Source: Candidatus Cloacimonadota bacterium (GTDB taxonomy: Bacteria > Cloacimonadota > Cloacimonadia > Cloacimonadales > PWNZ01). Taken from it: a DNA stretch of 64,000 bases. Location: positions 12,445-76,444 of the forward strand of contig PWOA01000042.1 of assembly GCA_003564155.1 (NCBI GenBank), given 5' to 3'. Both the position numbers and the translations under genes were made by a program. The notes under the pieces are model-generated. The model was not told where the DNA came from. It was given only the letters and a program-made list of their open reading frames with translations, and ran no database searches. Shown piece after piece: positions 50,135 to 58,106 of this stretch (position 1 is the first letter of the stretch; each line of letters opens with the position of its first letter).

Positions 50135-51556
50135 ATGTTCATTTTAAAATCCGCTGTTAAGGTTAGCCTTACCGAGAAATTCCTTAACTCGGTGGTTAAG
50201 TCTAAACTGATATTATTGCTCACCTTGATAGGAGTAATTTTCAGCTTGAATATTTATGGACAAGGCACTGATTTGTTGGATACAAAAGTTACGATTGATG
50301 CTGTTGACGCAACACTATCAAACGTGTTGACAACAATGGCTAGATTGAGCGATACTAACATAGTATTAGCTTCTGATCCTGTTGAAGAAGATGAAGAACC
50401 AAGGATAACAGTGCAACTTAAAGAGATTCAAATAGAACAGGCGTTATCACTGGTAGTTAAAGTAGTTGGTTTATCTTATCGCTTAATAGGCGAGAATACC
50501 TTTATTGTTGGTCCTAAAGCTCGTATTGAAGAAGAAGTTGGCGAGCGAAGTTATACAATATTTTTAAATTATGTTGATGCAGACAGAATCGTGAGAGCAT
50601 TAGATATTATGGCTGGCGAAGCTGTTGAGATACAAGGACAGAACGCTATTCTTGTTCGTGCAAATCCTGTGACATTTTCAGAGATTAGCCGTAGAATTCA
50701 AGAGATTGATGTTCCTCAAAAACAAATTGTAATCAGAGCAAGATTAATAGAGGTTGCTGTATCCGATTCAAAGAAATTAGGAATTGACTGGTCTAAACTG
50801 AACAGTTTGACTACAATATTCGCTGAAAACCCTGTCAATGCAGATGGTGTAGGTTTGCCGTATGAGTATTCAGATATTACTGGAGCTATTCCACATGGCA
50901 CTTCTACTCCTCTCGGAGAATTACCAGATGCTCAATACTTCCAAAAAATGGATGATTGGGGTGATGTTGGTAAATTCAGTAGACAATTAACTGCTTTTGA
51001 TATAACTATTGACTGGTTATTAGCAAACAGTGCCGCTAAGCTGTTGACTGATACGAGAATTACAGCTTTAAATGGCGAAAATGCCGAGATTCACATTGGC
51101 GAGGTTGTGCCTTTTGTAGTTACCGATAGAGAGTATAGAGTTCAAGTTGAACGTGAAGAAGTTGGAATCATGTTAAAGGTAACTCCTACGGTAAACAAAG
51201 ATGGTCAAATAACAACTTCAATTAATCCGGAAGTAAGTTCAGTGACGGAATTAGTAGCGGGATTTGTTCCCAGAACTAAAGTTAGAAGGTTACAATCAAC
51301 AGTAACTGTTCCTGATGGTAACAAGATTATTTTAGGCGGTCTATTAAGTAGTACTATTATAACTTCCGAAAACAGAGTACCAATATTAGGTGACCTACCT
51401 TTTATAGGGAAATTGTTCAGACATCTTCACGAAGAAATTGATACTACAGATTTGATCATCGAACTAACTCCGCGGATCGTAAACCTCGAAGAACATCAAG
51501 TAGAGTATGAAGTCGATGAGAGGCTAGATCGAAGACTTATTCGTGAAATTAATTAG
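50135..51556 (+). CDS. pilQ: Secretin (PilQ-like, no evident AMIN domains)
   Basis: IDVPQKQIVI.A.LIEV, LGIDW, G..L.VTP.V, ILGGL, VPILGDLPFIGKLF, LII.LTPRIV. Confidence 0.93.
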   Translation: MFILKSAVKVSLTEKFLNSVVKSKLILLLTLIGVIFSLNIYGQGTDLLDTKVTIDAVDATLSNVLTTMARLSDTNIVLASDPVEEDEEPRITVQLKEIQIEQALSLVVKVVGLSYRLIGENTFIVGPKARIEEEVGERSYTIFLNYVDADRIVRALDIMAGEAVEIQGQNAILVRANPVTFSEISRRIQEIDVPQKQIVIRARLIEVAVSDSKKLGIDWSKLNSLTTIFAENPVNADGVGLPYEYSDITGAIPHGTSTPLGELPDAQYFQKMDDWGDVGKFSRQLTAFDITIDWLLANSAAKLLTDTRITALNGENAEIHIGEVVPFVVTDREYRVQVEREEVGIMLKVTPTVNKDGQITTSINPEVSSVTELVAGFVPRTKVRRLQSTVTVPDGNKIILGGLLSSTIITSENRVPILGDLPFIGKLFRHLHEEIDTTDLIIELTPRIVNLEEHQVEYEVDERLDRRLIREIN

Positions 51557-51574
51557 GTAAACAAGGAGTTCATT

Positions 51575-54343
51575 ATGAGAAAATTTAGCTATTTAAATGT
51601 AGCATTACTGGCTATCGTTATTCTTATGACAGCTTTCGTCGGCTGTGATAACAGAGAATATTTGCCCGATAGCTTCGAAATTAAAAGCCTAACAGCACCA
51701 GATACTTTGTTTTCATGGATAGAAGCTGAATTAAAGGCTGTCGTTGTTGAAAAGGATACTAACATTCCAGCTCCTAATCAATCAGTTACTTTTAAGACTA
51801 CTACTGGGATCATTGAAGCTAGGGCTGAGACGAATGAATTCGGTGTAGCGACTGTAAAGTTTACTCATGACTTAAAAGATGATGGTGAAACAACTGTTGA
51901 AGCGTCAATAGATCAATCTATCGCAACAGTGGGGATATCATTGATTCCTCACCCGGGCGATTTTGTCATCGTTAAATTGGCCGCTCATCCCGAATTTACA
52001 TATCTCGACAATGGCAAAACTTATTCAAATATTAGAGCTTTAGTTCGTGACAAAGATGGTATGGGTGTCGTGGGTGAGACAGTTAGGTTCAGTACAAAAT
52101 ATGGTAGAATAACTGCTTCTGCAGTTACTGATAGCACAGGATTAGCATCAGTGAGATTTACCGATAACTTAGATCCACCTCCAGCAGGAGAACCTGCTAC
52201 TATAAAAGCAAAGATCGATAACTCCGAAAGAACAGTAAACGTCGAAATACGACCTGCGATAGAAGATTATGAAATAGCAATATCTGCTTCTCCTCGTGTT
52301 ATATATGCTGATGGCGATATTACTTATTCAACGATCAGAGCTACTGTTAAGGATTATGATGGGTTTCCAGTCCCTGAAGCTATTGTCAGGTTTAGGACTA
52401 ATCTCGGTCAGATTTCCGGACAGGTACTAACTGATGAAAGGGGAGTTGCTGCAACGACATTTACCGATGGTTACCACGAGGATGATGATTTAGCATCTTA
52501 TTTGGGAACTGCTGAAATATGGGCAGTTATTGGTGATTACGGTGCAAGTGTCGAAGTTGAAATTCAGGAAACTCCGGAGATTGATGAAATTGAATTTGAA
52601 GACGTACAAGCATCAATTGCTTTAGAATCACAACTGCGTATAACCGTTAGAGCCGTTAATGTTCATGGTGATCCCGTTTCGGATGGGACTTTGGTAACAT
52701 TTACTGCAAGTAAAGGATCATTTGAAGAGGCTGAAGGCGATCTACCACCACATATGTCATATTCTAATAATGGATATGCTTCTGTAAGTTGGAATGCCGG
52801 TAGAACAGCTGGACGTGTTATCTTTACTGCCAGAATAGGATCTATAGTTGCAGAGACTGAATCCTATATAAGAGCTGGTGAGGCGGAATTTATTTACTTA
52901 AGACCCGAATTTCGCAATAGGGATGGTGATTGGGAAAATTTACCACCCGCTGGAGTACCCGTTGACTTTACACGCGATGTTAGAATTGTAGCAACGGTTG
53001 TTGACCTATTTGATAATGCTGTGACAGCCGGTCAACCTATTCGTTTCTCTACTGATTTAGGAAGTATTCAAGGAGCTGCAGCTACAGATGACGAAGGTAA
53101 AGCATATGCGAGATTCTACCCCGGAGCGACTTCAGGAACTGCTGAGATAACAGCTACAACAAGAAATGAAGAAGTATCCGGTATAGCAATTGTCCATATT
53201 TACTCTGATGTTATTTCGTCTATTTCTTTTGTACAAGACGAGGAAATATTTTTAGATGTAAGAGGTGTAGGCGGTGTTGAATCTAGAACATTGACCGCTG
53301 AGTTACTCGATCTCAGTGGTAATAGAGTTACTGGACAACATAGCGTATTGTTTGAAATCATCCGCGGTCCCGCAGGTGTTAATATAAACAATGTTGGTGA
53401 TTCAGACGTTGTTTTAGGTAACAATGGCGTCGCTAGAGCTGCGATTAATAGTGGTTCTGAATCAGGTACTGTTACGGTAAGAGTTTCTCTTGTCGAAAAT
53501 CCTGATATTCAAGCAACAAAGGCAAACATAGTTGTAAGATCCGGACCACCTGCTTCAGTTGAACCATTCATCGGAGATTTTGATACCGGCACCGCACTTA
53601 CAGGTGGTATGTGGAAAGTGCAAGCCGGTGCGATCGTTAGAGATTCAAATGGCAACGAAGTTATAGATGGAACTGTGGTATACTTTTCATTAGGATCAAC
53701 TCCCGAAGCACCAGGTAATACTTCAATATCAGGTGCCGGTTATGTCGGAAATGAAGGTGATGACAGTGAAGATGGAGATCCTGGTGTTGCGTATACTCAT
53801 GTACGTTACCACGGTAAAAATACAAACTACCCGATCGTTATAATTGCCGAAACAGGTGAAGTAGAAGGTCGAGCTACAGTTAAGTTACCGTTACAACAGC
53901 CAAGATTTGAGCTTTCAGCTTCACCACAACACGTGGACTTCTTTCTTCCTGATGCAGAACCTGCATATCATGATGTCGAAGTTATTGGTATAGTACGAGA
54001 TGGTCAGGGTAATACGATAGTCGGTTCGAAGATATTATTATTATCATCACATGGTGAGATAAGGTATCATCCACGAGCAGTTCCTTTCCCTCCGGATCCG
54101 GACACACCTGATTATGAACCTGAGTACATTTATACTTTAGACGGTGATGCTTTTGGTGAAAGAGGTTATGCGTATGGTATACTTCGCGGATTCAAGTGGG
54201 AAATACCACCGCCATTTGATGAATATTTCACTATGGTTGACGTACAGGTAACAGCAAGACTTGTAGGTGCTGACACGATTGGTCAGACATCATTCACTAT
54301 GTACTTATATGTTATTGGTCAACCACCACCTCCTGCTCCTTAG
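51575..54343 (+). CDS. Lipoprotein of about 8 invasin/intimin-type Ig (Big_1) domains
   Basis: Lipobox FVG|C; repeats of A.V.D..G.PV....V.F.T..G.......TD..G.A...F; no beta-barrel; Pro-rich C-terminus. Confidence 0.85.
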   Translation: MRKFSYLNVALLAIVILMTAFVGCDNREYLPDSFEIKSLTAPDTLFSWIEAELKAVVVEKDTNIPAPNQSVTFKTTTGIIEARAETNEFGVATVKFTHDLKDDGETTVEASIDQSIATVGISLIPHPGDFVIVKLAAHPEFTYLDNGKTYSNIRALVRDKDGMGVVGETVRFSTKYGRITASAVTDSTGLASVRFTDNLDPPPAGEPATIKAKIDNSERTVNVEIRPAIEDYEIAISASPRVIYADGDITYSTIRATVKDYDGFPVPEAIVRFRTNLGQISGQVLTDERGVAATTFTDGYHEDDDLASYLGTAEIWAVIGDYGASVEVEIQETPEIDEIEFEDVQASIALESQLRITVRAVNVHGDPVSDGTLVTFTASKGSFEEAEGDLPPHMSYSNNGYASVSWNAGRTAGRVIFTARIGSIVAETESYIRAGEAEFIYLRPEFRNRDGDWENLPPAGVPVDFTRDVRIVATVVDLFDNAVTAGQPIRFSTDLGSIQGAAATDDEGKAYARFYPGATSGTAEITATTRNEEVSGIAIVHIYSDVISSISFVQDEEIFLDVRGVGGVESRTLTAELLDLSGNRVTGQHSVLFEIIRGPAGVNINNVGDSDVVLGNNGVARAAINSGSESGTVTVRVSLVENPDIQATKANIVVRSGPPASVEPFIGDFDTGTALTGGMWKVQAGAIVRDSNGNEVIDGTVVYFSLGSTPEAPGNTSISGAGYVGNEGDDSEDGDPGVAYTHVRYHGKNTNYPIVIIAETGEVEGRATVKLPLQQPRFELSASPQHVDFFLPDAEPAYHDVEVIGIVRDGQGNTIVGSKILLLSSHGEIRYHPRAVPFPPDPDTPDYEPEYIYTLDGDAFGERGYAYGILRGFKWEIPPPFDEYFTMVDVQVTARLVGADTIGQTSFTMYLYVIGQPPPPAP

Positions 54344-54354
54344 ATAATGCTAGA

Positions 54355-54382
54355 GTTGGGGTGAATTTCGATTCACCCCAAC
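54355..54382 (+). terminator. Strong hairpin between the Ig lipoprotein gene and pilB (terminator or mRNA stabiliser)
   Basis: GTTGGGGTGAAT-ttcg-ATTCACCCCAAC with a weak U-tract. Confidence 0.65.
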
Positions 54383-54483
54383 AACTCTTTATTGTAAGGA
54401 ACCATTAAGCAGAATTTAATATCAATACGACATAACAATACTATAACTTGTTAATTATAAATTACTAACTATAAGGAGATAAG

Positions 54484-56190
54484 ATGAGTTTTAATCCTCA
54501 GTTTGCTCGAATAGGAGAAGTGCTGTTACATATGGGTGTTGTGGCCGAGGATCAAATTAAAGAGGCTCTTATAAAGCAAAATAATTTTAATCTAAAACTA
54601 GGTGAAACATTATTAAAATTAGGTTACGTTAATGAGAATAACCTCTTGAAAGCATTACATCAGCAATTAGAAATAGATGTTGTAGATGAAGATACGTTAA
54701 TGGATCTTGATCCGAAAGTTGTGCAATTGATTCCTGAAGCATTCGCGGTATCTAATAAAGTTATTGCGATAAAAGAGGAAGATGATGCGATTGTTGTAGC
54801 AATGACAGATCCCGAAAATATCGTGATCCAGGATAACTTAAAAAAGATTTTGTCAAAGCCTGTTAAGCCTGTTTTAGTATCAGAAAGTACACTTGTTGAT
54901 ACACAAGAAAAGTATTATAAGAGCATTCGAACTACGTCGGAAGTAGAAGATGCTGTAGGTGATTTTGGATTTGTTGCTGTTGATGAGGATGAGCAGGAGA
55001 TTAATATAGAGAAATCTGCCTCTGCAGACGCACCTATTGTTAAACTTGTTAATTTGATAATAACTGAGGCAATTAAAGCTGGCGCAACCGATATTCATGT
55101 AGAACCTTTATACAAGCATACTAGGGTCAGATTTCGAGTCGATGGAGCATTGAGAGAAGTGATGAATCCACCTTTAGGTGTACATCCCGGGATAATTTCA
55201 TTGATTAAGGTAATGTCTAAGCTAAACATAGCTGAGAGACGATTACCGCAAGACGGGCATATATCATTAAAAACTGCTATAAAAGCAGTTGATGTTCGTG
55301 TTTCGATAGCGCCTACTGTATTGGGTGAAAAAGCTGTAATGAGATTATTGGATAAAGGTGATTTTGGTTTTAAGCTTACTACATTAGGTTTTGAAGACGA
55401 TAATTTAGTTATATTTAAACAATGGATAAGAAGACCTTACGGTATTATTATTGTTTCCGGTCCTACAGGTAGTGGTAAATCTACAACTCTTCATGCAGCT
55501 TTGAAAGAAATTCAAGATATTGAGACCAACATTATTACCGTTGAAGATCCTGTGGAATATCGTCTTGAAGGTGTGACCCAAATCGAAACCAAAGAGAAGA
55601 TCGGGTTGACTTTTGGAACTGCACTTCGTCATGTTTTAAGACAGGATCCTGATGTTGTACTTATTGGTGAAATTCGAGATGCTGAAACTGCAGATATAGC
55701 AGTTAAGTTCTCTCTAACCGGTCACTTAGTTTTCACTACTCTACATGCAAATGATGCACCTTCAACTGTAACCCGACTTATTGATATCGGCATCCCGGAT
55801 TATCTTGTTGGATCCTCATTGAATTTAGTTATGGCTCAAAGGTTAGTAAGAAAAATATGCAAGCATTGCAAAACAGATTACAAACCAACGAAAGAAGAGA
55901 TATCCGATTGTGGTTTGACTGAAACAGAAGCAAAAGAAATTAATTTTAAGATAGGGAAAGGCTGTGTACACTGTGATAACACAGGATATAAAGGCAGAAC
56001 CGGTATTTTTGAAATCCTTGAAGTAAGCCAAAATGTACGAAAATGCATCTTCGAAAAAAAGAATCAAGATGTCATCAGAGACACGGCATTAAATAACGGA
56101 ATGCAAACATTGCATGGTAGTGCACAGAATAAAATGATAGAAGGTGTTACAACTATAAGAGAAGTTATAAAACTAACTATAGTCGAATAA
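54484..56190 (+). CDS. pilB: Type IV pilus extension ATPase PilB with N-terminal MshEN domain
   Basis: ATDIHVEP, IAERRLPQDG, GPTGSGKSTT, LRQDPDV, tetracysteine CKHC/CVHC, GYKGRTG. Confidence 0.96.
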   Translation: MSFNPQFARIGEVLLHMGVVAEDQIKEALIKQNNFNLKLGETLLKLGYVNENNLLKALHQQLEIDVVDEDTLMDLDPKVVQLIPEAFAVSNKVIAIKEEDDAIVVAMTDPENIVIQDNLKKILSKPVKPVLVSESTLVDTQEKYYKSIRTTSEVEDAVGDFGFVAVDEDEQEINIEKSASADAPIVKLVNLIITEAIKAGATDIHVEPLYKHTRVRFRVDGALREVMNPPLGVHPGIISLIKVMSKLNIAERRLPQDGHISLKTAIKAVDVRVSIAPTVLGEKAVMRLLDKGDFGFKLTTLGFEDDNLVIFKQWIRRPYGIIIVSGPTGSGKSTTLHAALKEIQDIETNIITVEDPVEYRLEGVTQIETKEKIGLTFGTALRHVLRQDPDVVLIGEIRDAETADIAVKFSLTGHLVFTTLHANDAPSTVTRLIDIGIPDYLVGSSLNLVMAQRLVRKICKHCKTDYKPTKEEISDCGLTETEAKEINFKIGKGCVHCDNTGYKGRTGIFEILEVSQNVRKCIFEKKNQDVIRDTALNNGMQTLHGSAQNKMIEGVTTIREVIKLTIVE

Positions 56191-56237
56191 CAATTGATAA
56201 AGGTAACATGCTATTTAAAGTGTAAAAGAGGTAGAAA

Positions 56238-57491
56238 ATGGCAACATTTATGTATTTAATGAAGGATTCCAAGGGGATTAAAGTAGAAGGAACTCTTAAA
56301 GCAAATTCCCTTGATGAAGCTGTAAATAAACTTACCAAGGAAGGCGGCACTATTATATCAGTTAAAAGTGCTTCTGAGGGTGCTTTTAAAGGTAAGATGT
56401 CTCTCTTTGACAAAGTTATGCTTTTTATTTACAAAATCAGAACAGGGATATCACTTAAAGCTTTAGTTTTCTTTACTCGCCAGTTGGCTACAATGTTTTC
56501 AGCAGGTTTAACTTTAGAAAAAGCTATAACCAACCTGGAAAGAGAAGAGAAAAATAAGAGATTAAAGAAAGTAATGAGGAAGATAGCTGATGATATAAAG
56601 AAAGGATTTAGTTTATCCGAGGCAATGGAACAACATCCCGGGATATTCAATAATCTTTATATCGCACTTGTTCAATCAGGTGAAGTATCCGGTACATTAC
56701 ATACTGTCTTAAACAACTTGGCAGATTATTTGGAGAAAATTGAAGACACAAGACGTAAAGTCCTTTCAGCTATGGCTTATCCGATCTTTATTCTCATCTT
56801 TCTCATTTTTGTCGTTTGGGGTTTGTTTTATTTTATTATCCCGATGTTTGAAGAAGTATACGGACGTTTTGGTGCAGATTTGCCGGCGCCCACCCTTGTT
56901 GCAATCCGTATCAGTAACTTGATACGTGAGAATGTAATATTATCGTTTTTGGTCTTACTACTTGCTATATTCATAGTATTCCTGATATCACTTACAGATA
57001 AAGGCAGGTATTTTTTTCACTCTATATTCCTGAAATTTCCAGTCGTTGGTAATTTATTAAAAAATTCTATCATAAGTAAGTTCTCGAGAACTTTTAGTAT
57101 TCTTATGGCAGCAGGTGTACCAATTATGGATACAATGGAATTGACTGAAAATATCGTTCAAAATGCTGTATTTGAATCAGGGATAAGAAAAGCAAGATTT
57201 ATGGTTAAAGAAGGATATTCTGTAGTAGGTGCTTATAGAAAAACTCATATTTTCCCAGCTACCTTATTACAGTTGATTGCAACCGGTGAAGAAACTGGAG
57301 ATATGGATAGATTATTGGGTAAAGCAGCAGAATTTTATGAAAAATTGGTCGATTCTGTGATTGACAGGCTTACCTCATTAATTGAGCCGATTCTTATTGT
57401 GTTGATGGCTGCAGTTGTTGGTACAATTATTGTAGTTATATACTTACCGGTATTCTACCTTGGGTTGGCTATCAGTTCCGGTCATAATTAA
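56238..57491 (+). CDS. pilC: Type IV pilus platform protein PilC (GspF family)
   Basis: FTRQLATM..AG, GE.SG.L, AMAYP, LP.PT, GEETG, LIEP, YLP.F. Confidence 0.96.
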   Translation: MATFMYLMKDSKGIKVEGTLKANSLDEAVNKLTKEGGTIISVKSASEGAFKGKMSLFDKVMLFIYKIRTGISLKALVFFTRQLATMFSAGLTLEKAITNLEREEKNKRLKKVMRKIADDIKKGFSLSEAMEQHPGIFNNLYIALVQSGEVSGTLHTVLNNLADYLEKIEDTRRKVLSAMAYPIFILIFLIFVVWGLFYFIIPMFEEVYGRFGADLPAPTLVAIRISNLIRENVILSFLVLLLAIFIVFLISLTDKGRYFFHSIFLKFPVVGNLLKNSIISKFSRTFSILMAAGVPIMDTMELTENIVQNAVFESGIRKARFMVKEGYSVVGAYRKTHIFPATLLQLIATGEETGDMDRLLGKAAEFYEKLVDSVIDRLTSLIEPILIVLMAAVVGTIIVVIYLPVFYLGLAISSGHN

Positions 57492-57569
57492 AAATATCAA
57501 TAATCCTTGGCTATTAAGATTGCATTCGATATGATATAAAATAATCGTATCTCAGATTCTCAATAATTT

Positions 57570-57597
57570 TAAGAGGAGTTCGCACGAACTCCTCTTA
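57570..57597. terminator. Hairpin terminator after pilC
   Basis: TAAGAGGAGTTCG-ca-CGAACTCCTCTTA between convergent genes. Confidence 0.7.
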
Positions 57598-58106
57598 CTA
57601 TATCGGATTACTATTATGTTTTTTAAAATATATTGTAAGAGATTATATATAAGTATGGCAGTATTGAAAATTATTATAGCATGAATTGCCCTTTGATGAT
57701 CGAGCGATTATGATATCATAACCTCCAATCTCGGTGAGTAGAGATTTAAAACATTTACCAAATAATATTGTGATATTAACTGACTTCTGTTTTAACGTTC
57801 GCTGGATATTAATTGATATTGCAATTATTCCAAGCATCTCTTCAATGTATAATACAAATATTACATTTCATTTTCAACCGGTATTTTCAATGATTATGAT
57901 TGTAACTAAAGATATGGTGTATAATTATTATTATATATAGCTACATCACTAGATAAGACCTTTATTAGTAAGTTGGCTTATATAGGTAAACAAATGTACT
58001 TATAAAAATAGGTGTGCTCATCTGTTATTATTTATAACTATGATTAAGTTAAATTCATTAGATCAAGCATATACAAGTTGATAGAGTATTCCGAAATTGG
58101 GATATA

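Noticed and set aside
47321-57491. Type II secretion system rather than a pilus
   Set aside because: PilT with the AIRNLIRE-like motif, PilM and a T4a pilin indicate a retractile T4aP, although a secretion function is not excluded.
57643-57940. Two short overlapping ORFs between pilC and the patatin gene
   Set aside because: AT-rich spacer with no convincing RBS or protein features.
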